Of a stretch of DNA of 64,000 bases, positions 24,837 to 37,559 are shown piece after piece. The position numbers and the translations under genes were made by a program. Each line of letters starts with the position of its first letter. The stretch's first letter is position 1. The notes beneath the pieces were generated by a model. It saw only the letters and a list, made by a program, of their open reading frames with translations, was not told the DNA's origin and did no database searches. This stretch comes from Raja brachyura (taxonomy: Eukaryota). The stretch is from contig OY740799.1 in assembly GCA_963514005.1 (NCBI GenBank), positions 29,202,001-29,266,000 of the forward strand, read 5' to 3'.

Positions 24837-25911
24837 TGCATTCTTCGAAGCTATCATCTGGACTGTATGCAAAGAGGCTATGGTTACAAGGTAGATTAAT
24901 CTTTTCAGCTAATGCCTCAGAATCTGTATAGAGTCTAATCATATGCCTCCGGAACATACATGGAATGCATTTTAATGACTTTATGATTTTACAAATTCTC
25001 CCCTGATTTAAAAAAAAAGTTTTGCCAATTTATTTTTGCATTGGATAATAAACATGCAGCTACACACTGCTCAAAACAGCCTTCCCAATCACGCTAAACA
25101 ATTCTGCCATCTGATTTTTAATCACTGATGCCAAAGAATCCAAAGGTCTTAAATGCTTTGATTTTTTTTGTAACTAAATGGAAGCCAATACCAGGGCCAG
25201 TGCCTTATCCAATGTTAATTCACCAGTGGTACAAATAATTATAATACATTTCAAACTGAGGTTTATTTTAAAATATTTTTCAGTTATTGTTCTTTTTCGC
25301 CATTGAGCAGGCCCTTGTAATCTAACAATCTTTCCAATAATATAAAACCAATTTGCATGACTATCACTTATCACTCAGTGACAATATCCTGTTCATGTGT
25401 TTGATCTTAAATGAAATAATGTAGGCGTGTGTTCAGGTTCTTCAATATCTTTTGTGTCTGCAGAAACACAAAGAACAATGTAAAATTAATGAACTTGCGA
25501 GGGGGGAAAAAAGCAGTGTTGAGACCCTAATAACAGTAAATTTGTGGCACTGAGGTTGAGTATATTCAATGTAATTTAATGCCTTGAAAAACTGTTAATC
25601 ATGATATAAAAATTTGTAAGCATATGTAGATGCATAGAAGCAGAATTCATAACGTTTTCAATCTCCAATTCCTCAATAAATAGTAAAGTTGTTAAATCTG
25701 TGTAAACGTTGCCAGTTGTGGGATATTAGCTAAGATATGAAAGATTCTTGTAAATAAATACTACAGCTCTATTGCATTAAAGTGAGTAACTTATGGTCCA
25801 TGGAACAACACTGCATTCATAGAAGCTATCATCTGGACTGAATGCAAAGAGGCTTTGGCTACAAGGTCGATTCATCTTTTCAGCCAATGCTTCAGAATCT
25901 GTATAGATTCT
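24837..25911 (+). repeat. Pair of 100-bp direct repeats (24837-24936 and 25812-25911)
   Basis: Ungapped hand alignment gives 10 mismatches in 100 at an offset of 975 bp. Confidence 0.9.
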
Positions 25912-26254
25912 GAGGCATTACCTTTATTATGATATTCAAAGATTCCAAGGAATTAAATTTGAACATTGGAAAGAATATTTAGCTTTTTATCATGAGACCA
26001 TCCAGGCAATCTTAAAAATGTTTTATTTCCAATATACATTCAATTTCCCTAGTCGATGTTCTGTGCAAGACTGTGCATTAATACAACTGCTTATTGCATA
26101 CATTCATCCAGTTTATATTTCAACATTGGTTTTGTTATAAATAATTGTGGTATTCCCCAGCATTTCTGAATGCTTTTCGCTTGTCGACCACAACAATAAC
26201 TACATCCAGAAGATTGACACAAAATGCTGGAATAACTCAGGGGACAGGCAGTTC

Positions 26255-26605
26255 AATTCAAGGAAAAGACATATGAATTGGCCAGAGGAAGCAGCAAAGC
26301 GGGGGACCGGGAGAAATTTATAACTCAACAGAGGAGGACAAAGGGGTTAATTAAGAGAGGGGGAAAAGAACATGAAAGAAAGCTTGCGGGGAATATAAAC
26401 ATTGAATCTAAAAGCTTCTTCAGATACATTAAAAGAAAAAGTTAGTGAAAACAAATGTAGGTTCCCTTACAATCAGACAGGTGAATTTATAATGGGAAAC
26501 AAGGAAATGGCAGAGTATTTTGGTTCTGTCTTCACTATGGAAGTCACAAACAATATTAGGGGACCGAGGATCTAGTGAGAGGGAGGAACTGAAGGGAATC
26601 CACAT
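26255..26605 (+). mobile_element. CR1 LINE internal ORF2 fragment
   Basis: Encodes KLAGNI...KSFFRYIKRK...GEFIMGNKEMAE...FGSVFT, the EN-RT linker region, with frameshifts. Confidence 0.75.
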
Positions 26606-26744
26606 TTATATATAAAATAAATATGATATAGAAATAGGAGCAATATTCTATTTTACAGTCATTTGTTAAGGATTTCGGTGGTTTAAGAAATCTACCTGCC
26701 ATGCATGATTAACTTACATCATTTTTACCAAAATTACATTTCCT

Positions 26745-27302
26745 GAGGTGTTTCGCAGCAGAGGCCTTATAAGGTGCCCTGGCCGCAGAATTGGGAACTC
26801 ACCCAGAAGACCTAAAGGCTTATCAGACCACAGAAGTGGGATCTCACCCAGAGGACTCACAGGTTCCACTAACCGTGGCTTGTTGTGGGAAGCCACCAGG
26901 CCTGGACCATGCTCGTTCCCACAAAGACCAGAGAACCGATGAGGAGGGAGCCGCTGGAGACGTCGGACCTGAGGAGCAAGAGCCAGTACGAAGGTGAACT
27001 GGGGTAATGCCTCCAGCTCCTTCAATGTCGGCTGCAGCAGGCAGCCTCGGGACGCAAGGATGGCTGGGTGAGAAGTTCATTGGTTATGGAGCCGATCCGG
27101 TCGAAGGCTATGGCGGAAGGACCTGCAGGAGCCTGAGGCTTATCTGGAGCAGGAACTGCTCCAGAATACTGAGCATGAGGGTGAACTGGACCTTGGAGTT
27201 TGGAATTGGCGCCAAACATGGCGGCACCTGCATGTATAAATATGTGAAAAGAAATTCACTGTGAAGTTGCAAATGTGACAGATAAAGCACCATTGAACCA
27301 TT
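26745..27302 (+). mobile_element. GC-rich non-autonomous retroposon-like insert with a Rex/Babar-like tail
   Basis: Sharp GC rise. Ends AAATTCACTGTG...ATGTGACAGATAAAG plus (ACCATTGA) repeats. Confidence 0.5.
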
Positions 27303-29526
27303 AAGTGACTTGCAGTCATTCAAAAATCTTTTTGTGCTCTCTCTTTCTCTGATCTATCGTAAATCTCCACGTGCTGTCCCTTGACCCGAATTTGTTTTGC
27401 ACTGTTAGAAAAATACTAGAATCCCAGGAGTCCTCTGTTAACAGTTCTATTCTGAAAAAAATATTCACATCAAATGTAATTTTTCATCGAGTAATAATTT
27501 GACAAAGCAACTGATTCATAATTGACTCTTTGTGGAGTATTGAGGACAAGTTCCACTGCACTGATTTCTCTTCTGAGCTCTTATTCTCTGCTTCAGTGTT
27601 TATCTACATTTGTATTAAAAGGTGAAATGGTGCTGCCTTTCATTGGGACATCTCCATTCTTAACACCACTCACCAGAATGGCTGGAATGGTTTCACCACT
27701 TCCTCAAATGCAATGACAATCGAGAGAGAAAAAATGATCTGTAAGTTACATCTAAATCCTGTAAAAGCATAAAACAAACATTATGAGTTTTAAATTGATG
27801 AACCCTTAGTATTGACTCTACGGCTAATTTTGTATTCTCAAAGCTTATTTAAAAAAAAATCTTACTGTAAATGTGGTGAAATGATTTTGCCTTTACTAGT
27901 GAATTAGAGAGAGCCTCAAATCTTAGGTCTTTTCTTATAGTCTCTTAAACATGTTGGTTTTCTAGTGAATTGGTGTTGTAAATTTAACTTGGCTTTAATG
28001 CTCATTTTCCAACACATATCCAAAACTAGGTACATGCTGTAAGTGCAATCTAGCAATTATACTTTTACAAACACACCTCTCAATTCATGAAGTTCAAAAT
28101 GTTATTAGCCTTCTAACCTTACAGATTTTTTTGAAAAAATTTAAAACCCTGTGAATTTGTTAATTTTTATACTTTCTCAACATTCTGTCAGGTTTCTATC
28201 AGCTCTTATTTTCTATAAAAAATATGTGACTGCATCATTTAACACATTAAATTACATCTGCTCTCTGGTTGTCCATTCCGTCAATACTATACTCAAAATG
28301 TTTCCCAACTCCTTTAGCAATTTACCAAGTACCAACTAGCAGGTTTGGCGTGGCACTAAACAGTGCAGTGCATCAATCTGTAATCTTTGAACAATTGGAA
28401 CAGCGGGCATTAACCCTCATGAAGTTATAGAGTATGGAAACAGGTCCTTTGGCCCAAATGGTCCATGTGAATTAAGATGTTCATCTCGGCAGTCCTATTT
28501 GCCCACATTTGACCTATATACCTTGAAATCCTTTCCCATTCATATTAAACCAAATTCCTTTAAAATGTTTATTGTATCTGACTTTTGCTTCTCTGTTAAA
28601 TACATTTCTGTATTCATTGCTCTTATAGAGCATTTCTGTATTTTGATACAAACTTTGAGATGGAACACATTCTCAAATACAAATATAATGCATCAATTCA
28701 ATGTTGGTTGCCCAACCCTTACGTTTGCATAATAAAACATTCTTGACTGCACCCTACATTTGTAAGTTCTTGATTTATTTGATCATCAATTGTGAGTTCA
28801 TCGAGTTTCTGTGCAGATGATGTCAGATATAATTTAGATGTTAGGCATGTATTAAGCACTCAGTTTTTCCTCTCTTTGGTCTTTAATGATGAATGTATAA
28901 TTCCTCTCTCATCTTTTTCCTTTAAATTGTGTGTAAAGAGAATTGAAAATGGTGGCCACAGGTTCTGTCAAACATCTTCAAACTTTCTTCAGGATCTTCA
29001 CTGCAGTGTGGCCAGATCCCAGAGGTGGACCTCCTGCCTAGGAGCCAGAGCTTCTGTTGGCATTAGCCATGTTTCTAGGCAGTGGCCCTGTGGTTCAGTG
29101 CTACAATAGTACTGTAGTCCAGAGAAGGTTTGAGCCAGTAGCAGCATCTGCAATACCAATTGTGCTGCAAGCTGTACTTACCTACATCCCCTATGAGATT
29201 CACCACGGCGGTGTTTGTGAAACCTGCCTAATTAGCCGGGTGCAAGTACAAAAGCCCCATTGAAATCAATGGGAGAAAACAACTTATTTTGAGAACATTG
29301 AGTAGACTTTTTGAAATTTGGTTTAAATCAGTTAGTTTAAATGCATTTCATCCTTTTTATATGTCTGAGTATTTTCTTAGTTTCTTAAATATCAAATATT
29401 TATTTTTCCCAATTCTACTGGATTATTACAGAGTGAATGGTGCTGTTGGGTGTGACTAGGAAAACACATAATTGGCACAAGAGAGATTCTGGGTGTGCCC
29501 AGCCAGTTTTCTTGAATGCTTCAGTG

Positions 29527-30556
29527 TAGCAATGTTACAAAATTTTGCGATTTTAAAAATCAAGTCTGCAATTTATCCCATCAGATAAAGCATAACAAGA
29601 AGTTTAATTTGACACCTAATTTACTTTCATATCTTCATTATTAAGAAAGTTATGGCCATTTTCATACTCGGAAATGAGCATCTTGCTTCCCATTGCCTTT
29701 CAATTGACTTAACTCAAAAGCTGTGATCTGGAAAAGTTAAAAGTCCATAACATTCTTAAAAATTAAGAGAACTCAATGAAATTTTCAGTTATTATAGATT
29801 GAAGCATTCTGAAACAAATATTAAACAATCTTACTTGGATGACCTGAAATTAAAGCATATAATTAGTTAGTTGTCTAATTGTAGCTAATTACAAAATTCA
29901 ATGAGTAGATCTAAACATCTATCAATTTCTTAAGAAAAGATAAACTTTTTTAAAATTGCCTAAGTGTCCAAATAACATTCACACAATAATCCACAATATA
30001 ACATAATTTTTAAATTTCATTTTCATGAATTTCTGGGCCAAATGGAAGGAATTTAGTGTTTTATGCCTGTAAATTAATGGCCATTTAAATCAACTAGCGA
30101 GTGGGTTTTAGTGGAATGCGGTGGAACGTTGCGGTTAGCAGTGAAGTCGGGGGGAAAAATACTATGGGTTCATACATTTTTTGGGGACCCCATTTCGCAA
30201 CATAAAAATATTATTAATGCCTCCCGAAAAACCAACTTTTAATATAAAAATAAACTATTTACCTTTTTTTCTCCCCTACGCAAAATGCTTCCGGTTGTCT
30301 GCGCTCACGGCTTTTGAAGGTGATTTTTAAATTACTCTAGTTAATAAATAATCTAGAGTAATTTAAAAATACCACCATTCATTAAATGTCGGAGCGATTT
30401 TTCTTCAGCAACCAAATCGCCCGACATTCATCGATTATCCAGGCCTGTGGAAAAACGGCACTTTAAGCCCGCCCCCCTCTGCAAGGCGCGAAAGTCGCGC
30501 ACACGGGGAGCGGCAGAAGTGCAGCGCCGGTAAAGGTAAGTTTTGTAACATACCTA
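29527..30556. mobile_element. Non-autonomous TIR DNA transposon, 1030 bp
   Basis: TIRs TAGCAATGTTACAAAA and TTTTGTAACATACCTA match at 14/16. TTCAGTG flanks both sides (29520-29526, 30557-30563). No ORF of 60 aa or more. Confidence 0.85.
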
Positions 30557-30704
30557 TTCAGTGTGACCAGAAAAATATGCAATCACATCATTTTTGGAAA
30601 TTTGACACTTAAAAGAAAAACTGGGATTGCATGGTTAAATTTCAAGGATGATAGCCTTCCATTTATAATGGACTATAATTATTTGGAAGGACTTCTTGGA
30701 TGAG

Positions 30705-30941
30705 GTCTGTACGGAGTTTGTACGTTCTCCCCGTGACCTTGGTGGATTTTCTCCGAGATCTTCGGTTTCCTCCCACACTCCAAAGACGTACAGATTTGTA
30801 GGTTAATTGGCTTGTTAAATGTAAAAAAATATCCCCAGTGTGTGTAGGATAGTGTTAATGTGCGAGGATCGCTATTCGAAGCGGACCCGGTGGTTCAAAG
30901 GGCCTGTTTCCATGCTGTTTCTTTAAGCTAAACTAACCTAA
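30705..30941 (+). mobile_element. HE1 SINE, 5'-truncated
   Basis: GTCTGTACGGAGTTTGTACGTTCTCCCCGTGACC...GGCCTGTTTCC...CTAAACTAA. Confidence 0.9.
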
Positions 30942-32054
30942 AGTACCAGGAGTTTTGGCCAAGATAGGTAATTAAAATGTAATGCTTTTAAATTTGATTT
31001 TGTAGATTTAGTTTTGGAAGGGAATGTTATAAACACAATAGCCCCAAAATACTGGAGCCAATTTCATTTAGGAGATCTAGGTCAAAGCACTGATAATTTT
31101 GATGTTACGATTGTTGCTCATTGGTGCATTATGTAACTTGTTGAATGAATGGAACTAGAGTTTGATTCAATCACAGTTAAACTGATATTCAGATATCTGA
31201 TGGATTTATTATTAATAATTTTTATTTTACCATGGATGTGTGACGCCATTGAAAGTACAATGCTTCAGGCATGTTCTGGGCATGAGATCTATGGATGGCT
31301 GAACAAGTAGATATTCGTTTGAGCCCATAGCTGCAATGAAAGCTGCACTAGTTATCAGTGGCTCCACCTAATGAGATTCACAAATCAAAGTAAATCTGCA
31401 CTAGTCTGAGGTAGAGGGAAATTTGTTTGGGCGGAATTAATTTCAATGTCCCTTTTTAATAATTCTAGAGTGGTTTGGATTCACAGGCTATACGTTGCCA
31501 TAGTGGGGAGTTTCAGAGATGGATGGATTTAATGCAACCCCAAAGAACTACTTTGGAGTTATTCTACTTTCAAGAAGATATATGAAATTGCAGATGCTGG
31601 AATCTTGAGTAAACAAACAAACTCCTGGAGGAACTTGGCAGGTCTGGCAGCATCTGTGCCATTGAATGAACACAGCGACTGTACAGACGTCGTTTGGATG
31701 GGCAGTTCCTCCAGTAGTTCATTTTCAAGTTGATTTATGCCATGACTTTATGACTTTCCTCACGCATAATTGTCTCACCACTGCCTCCAGTCCATTGCAG
31801 AGGATGTTGCAAAAAGCCTGAAGCTTTATCAATAGAGTGTTCGAATTTCAAGTTCGTGAAACTATTTGAATAAATTCACGATAATCACATATAAATCTAC
31901 TAATGCTGGAATAGAGCACCTTTAAGAGATAAACTTTCAAATGTTCCCAATCTTTATATTTTGTAATTGTCTACACCCCTGTATGACTTTCTTCAGTGAA
32001 CAGAGAGTCAAACGATTCCTAGGGTTGGTATAGAAGTTTCTGGAGATATGGAGT

Positions 32055-32147
32055 GTGAAGAAGGATCTCGACCCAAAATGTCAACCATTCCTCCTCTCCA
32101 GAGATGCTGCTGGCCCGCTGAGTTACTCCAGCATTTTGTGTCTATTT
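32055..32147 (+). mobile_element. Penelope end fragment
   Basis: TGAAGAAGGATCTCGACCC...CCCGCTGAGTTACTCCAGCATTTTGTGTCTA. Confidence 0.8.
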
Positions 32148-32751
32148 TCTGGAGATATTATCAGCTTTTAGATTAATAATTATATATTTCATAGCAGTAT
32201 ATAATATTCTGCATTCTGTGTTGAACGCTAAGAGGTCTGAGAGTCTGGAATTTGAGAGTTTGCTTCAGAATAAGTTTGGACACGTGGAACTGAGGGCAGG
32301 AATGAGCCCTTCAATGGTTGTACATCAATGCCTATAGATAGACAAGGGAAATAAGAATTGCATGAGAAAGTGGTGTTGGGAAAGATGTCAAATGACAATG
32401 GACTTTGTGATATGATCCATTTCTTTTATGATATCTTGTTTTGTTGCTCTATTCCCATTGACGTCAATCAGATTCCTGTTTCTTAAACCATTTTCATAAT
32501 TTTCCAATTCTGTTTTGCCTTTCTCAATGTAATCTCTGCAATTTTCACCAGCGTTTAATCAACTTCACTTATTGTATGTGTGTCTTCCCCTCTTCGTTCC
32601 CTGCATAGACGTTGGCTCGGAATTCTGGAACTCTTCTAATACTCTTCATCTTTCCATGCTTTTATTCATAACCAATTACTTCTATCGCTCATTCAGCCAT
32701 CTCTTGGTATTTCTTTCCGTCTTCTAATTTTGGTGTGTTTCTGATGGCCTT

Positions 32752-33471
32752 TGTGACAGCTCCCCCTCCCTCGTGTCCCGCTCTGATCCACATCATTGGC
32801 AGACGGGCCAAGAGAAGCCAAACCTCAGCTCCATTGAGCTGAGGCTGCAGCCACATAAGTAACAGCTGTGTCCAATCAGTTGATACTAGATTGGCCCACC
32901 TGATCCTCGAGAAGGTGAGCCAAAACCCAGTTGCTCCAGTCAGGGGGAGGAAGGGACTGTGCTGCTGGGACTAGCCATAGTCAGCCAGCACCTCCACTGA
33001 GACAAATTAAAGGCAAAGACTGAGCTGCCAGGCCAAGCCCGAGACTGCCAGCACCTCCTCTCGAGGCAAAGGTGAAGTGCAGGGATAAGCCTGAAATTGC
33101 CACACCTCCTCCTTCAAGCCCAAAGGTGAGCTGGCAGAACAAGATTGTGACATGCAAATACCTCCTCATGAGGTAAGGGTGAACTGCAGGCACAAGCCTA
33201 AGATCGCGGTGCCTCCTCCTGTGAGAACAGGACCAAGCTGCTGGGAGAAGCCCAAGATTGCCAGCGCCTCCTCACATGCCCACTGCCGATGATGGAGAGA
33301 ACCCTGATGTGGACCTGGTGTTTCTTATCACTATAAATGAACCATATCATGTAAATTCACCCTGCTACATCCGGTCTAGATGCTGTACAAGATTTGCCAA
33401 TTTGATGTCTTGCAGGTCCACATTAGTACTCTCATGCTGTGAATGTACAAATGAATGTTGGCAATATAACA
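32752..33471 (+). mobile_element. Probable solo LTR, 720 bp, with an internal 50-60-bp tandem array
   Basis: TGTGA...TAACA ends and CCTT/GCTT flanks (3/4 match). GC-rich against its flanks, with CCAAT and ATTGG boxes. Confidence 0.55.
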
Positions 33472-34464
33472 GCTTGTGATGTAAAGGGATGTAACTTGCC
33501 TACTTTTCAAGACCAATTGTCGACTCAATCAGCATTAATGTTGTTGTGAAGGAAAATCTGGCCATGCTACTTTGCACAGGTGGAAATTAATTGCATTGTG
33601 GTTAGATAAACTCCGGTAATTATTATAAAATCCATTTTTGTTCTTAGACATTTATCCTTGGAAGAATGATGAACTAAATTTGAAATAAAGTTGTTCACTT
33701 TTAGATAATATTGTAATCCTCAAGACTCATTACAACTTTTCACCTAATCCTGCCATATTTATGACATTCATAGCCAAGGGAGGTTTATTCCAAGAACTAG
33801 GATATACAACTGACAGAGAACAAGAGATTTACAGAAATTAATTTTATCTGCACATCTGTAACCTTGGAATATTGCGATAGTATAATCTGTGTTGACTGGA
33901 CCTGGAACATAAAAATGTTATTGTTAATACACAGTGGGATAGGTGGTCATCTTTTCTCCATTGCCCCACACTCCCCGAGTCAGAGAAGGCTTCTGTTCCA
34001 TTTGTTTGTACTGTGTCTGTCCAAATCTGCACCTGAAGCTGTCAATAATTACACTAATTATGTGCCTCTTAAAGATTGAGTCCTATTGGCACTTCCACTC
34101 TTGAGCTTTCACCAGTTCCTGGTCAGTTACAGCTCTCTTAAGTTAGCACACTTATTTTTTTTCACAAGTGAAGATTACTGAATGAAATGCAAGTCTTTCT
34201 GTTATGGGTCTGCAAATTACAAAGTTTAATTAAATGCTGACAAGCTGACAACTTTGTAACTGGTAACATATTCTGACTAATATTTGTTATAAATACTCAG
34301 AATCCGGGTTGTTCCCACCCTCTTGTCAAGAGTAATTGAGTTGACTGATAATAATTAATTCAGAGCAGAGTTAAACCTCAAGGACATCCTGACATGTCGG
34401 GTTACTACAATTTGAAATATGGCATGCTTTTTAAGAAAGAATACATCAGAAACTTTACCTCATG

Positions 34465-34803
34465 GATGACACAGTGGTGAGTTTGCTGAGCTGGTGCCTC
34501 ATAGTCACATGACCACAGTTCAAATCTGACCACCGGTGCTGCAAAGATTGCACATTCAAACTAACCTTGTAGGTTTCCCTTGGTGCACTGGTTTCCTACC
34601 ACATCCCAAAGATGTGTGTGATGGTAGGTCAATTAGTCGCTGTAAACTGTCCCTGCTGTGTAGGTGAATGGGAGAAGATGAGAATGTGGGATGAGTAAAA
34701 AATGTGATTAATGTAAGATTCTTGTAGATGGGTGTTTAATGGTCGGCACTGGCTTAGTGTACCCGAAGGACGGATTTTCCCTTTTATGCTCCATGTCTCT
34801 ATG
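34465..34803 (+). mobile_element. Old HE1-like SINE
   Basis: tRNA-like head, GGTTTCCTACCACATCCCAAAGATGTG core and CR1-like tail. Confidence 0.65.
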
Positions 34804-34914
34804 TCGAGCTAGTTAGACCATCGGATGATTGTCTTCTAAAATTTCAATATTAGTCAGAAAATTAAATTTAATTACCCTTTGGGTTTGATCATCGGCATTT
34901 ATTAAACTTTTGGG

Positions 34915-36540
34915 AAGAGAGAGTGACCGAGATGAGACTAATCCTTGATTATGCTGGTGGCCTTGCCGAGGCAGTGTGAAGTGTAGGTGGAGTCAATGGA
35001 AGGGAGGTTGGTTTGCATGACAGTCTGGGCTTTGTCCACATTTCTCTGCAATTTCTAGCGGTCTGGAATGGAGCTGTTCCCAAATCAGGCTATGATGCAT
35101 CCTGATAAAGTGCTTTCAACAGTACATCTGCAGAAGTTTGTCATAAGTTATAGGAGCAGAATTAGGCCATTCGACCCATCAAGTCTACTTTGCCATTCAA
35201 TCATGGATGATCTATCTCTCCCTCCTAACCCCGGTGAGGGTTGGTGAGGGAAGTTTGGGACATGCTAAACATAACTTCCTAAGCCATCTAAGGAAGTAGA
35301 GACTTTGGTGTACTTTCGTGGCTATTGCTTCAATGTAGCTGGTCCAGGACAAGTTGCTGGTGATATTTATTCCTGGGAACTTGAAGCTTTTGACCATCTC
35401 TACTTCAGTGCTATTAATGTACACTGGGGTATGTGCACTGCTTCGTTTCCTGAAGTTAATCACAATCTTCTTTATCTTGGTGACATTCAGGGAAAGGTTG
35501 TTGTCTTGGCACCAGAGGACAGGATACTGCAGCTCCTTACTGTGCTCCATCTCGTAATTATTTCATAACTGGCCCACTAGGGTGCTGTCGTCTGTGCAGG
35601 GACGTAAATCATGTAAATCAGGGGACACACACACACACGTTCCCCCCCCCCCCCCCCCCCCCCGTGTTTTCAGAGGGGGGGGACAATGCATCCCCCCCCC
35701 CCCATGTGAAACATGTATTTTGTGAAACATGCAATCAGTTCCCATCCGACCGCGCACTGAGGTGTCGCGCCCGTGTGCATGTTCAGCTAGCTGAGACTCA
35801 GACTTGAAAAGAATTAGACTGAAAAGAAAAGACTGAAAATGTCATACTTTTTAAAATCTGTGGTACAGATCTGCACTAGTTAACGCATTCTAGCGGCCCC
35901 ACAGTAGAAGCGTCCATGTTGCGGGGCTGGAAACTGGAAGAATCCTGAGCTAATTACCGTCCACAGAGCCCATGGCTGAAGCCTCTGAAGCCTCGCGTGT
36001 TATGTGTGAGTGTGCACATGCGCGCGTGTCCGCCAATAAATTATGTCCCCCCCCCCCCATGTTTTGATAGCGATTTCCGTGCCTGTGTCTGCGAACTTGT
36101 AAATTGAGTTGGATTGATACTTGGCTGCACAGTCATGAGTGCGTAAGGATTTTCAGTAGGGGGCTGAGAACACATCCTTGCAGGGCACCAGTGTTGAGAA
36201 TTATCGTAGAATCGACAAATTGATGATTTGTCACAAAATCCTCACTGATTATGATCTGTTGGTCAGGAAGTCAAAGATTCAGTTTGGTTAGGATAATGGT
36301 ATTGAAAGCAGAGCTACAGTCGATGAAGCTAGAGCTACAGTCTGACAGGTTTCCTTCATATCCAGGTGTTCCAGGGATGAGTGTAGGGCCAGGAAGATGG
36401 CATTATCTGTGGACCTGTTGTGGTGGTAGGCGAACTGCAGTGCATCAAGGCTACTTGGTAGGCTGGAGTTAATGTGTGCCATAACCAGCCTCTCGAATCA
36501 TGATGGTGGAAATTAGGACCATTGGACGGTAGTCATTTAG
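34915..36540 (-). mobile_element. Rex1/Babar-type LINE RT remnant, interrupted by a CR1 tail (35142-35232) and a hAT element
   Basis: - strand peptides [27 protein letters not shown] and WCQDNNLSLNVTK.K.IVINFRK...LSWTSYIEAIATK..QSLYFLR. Confidence 0.88.
35597..36085. mobile_element. Non-autonomous hAT-type DNA transposon, 489 bp
   Basis: TIRs CAGGGACGTAAATC and GATTTCCGTGCCTG match at 12/14. The 8-bp TSD copies CGTCTGTG and TGTCTGCG differ only by CpG decay. Confidence 0.88.
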
Positions 36541-37559
36541 GCACAAGATCTTGCTTTTCTTTGCTTCTTCCAACTCTGATATGAGTAATTTCCATTACAA
36601 AGACTCCCCCATTGCCTGTTGTTATTCTAAATAATATTCCAGAACTTTTATTTGTCACATTTATTATAGTGCATATTTGCCTACAAAATAACCAGTCTGC
36701 TTTTTTAGCCTGTGTGAATTTATTGGCCACATTTCAATTAGTTGCTTTGCTTAGGGTTGCATCGGACTCTCCTCACTGCTCCGTTCACTGAAGACCCAGA
36801 AACATAAAATGTTTTATTCATTCTTCCTGTATTGTGAGATTTGGATGATTTGTTACTTCATTCAATGCACCCGTCTTGGCCTTGTACCTCAGGCAAACTA
36901 AAAACTGCAATCTCATTTCCGTTCGATATCTTAAAACTTTGTTCATATCTCCCCTCAATCTTCGAAGTTCCAAGAAATATAATCACAGCACATGTCACCA
37001 CCTTTATAAATTGACACGGTGTCCTTGTATCATTCTGAAGTCAAATGCTGCACTCCTCAATCCCCCCAAATATCCACCATAAAGAAACGCTTTATGAAAT
37101 CTCATTTAATGAGAATTCATAATAGCAAAGTTGTTTTATCTTTGCTAGAGTAAGTTCAGCTAAATCTTGTTCAGCTTAAATACATTTGTGCCTTTATATA
37201 ATTGCCTTCTGTGATTTCACATAACAAAAGGGTTGCTTTCCCTTCGGAAGGAATGCATCCCTGGATATTACTTTGTTACTCCTGCACCTAATTTCTATGT
37301 TTCTATGTGAAATCGCACTACAGAAGGCAATTACAGTATATAGCGGTTTTTCAGTACCATTAGATGTTTTTTTATTAATACCCCTGTATTTTTAATTAAC
37401 TTTAAAAAAAGATGTTATGCAGTAATATACCAATGAACCCAGTAAGTTTAAAGGGCACTTGGGAGAAAAGGCCTCATTAAGTTTGAAGGGAGCATTTTAA
37501 AGATAGAGAATCAGGTGAATTTAAAGTGAGCAAAGCCAATAGTACTGGGTGCTTTTATG

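Noticed and set aside
32981-33275. Tandem array considered as CRISPR-like
   Set aside because: Eukaryotic context, degenerate units homologous along their length, and no cas genes.
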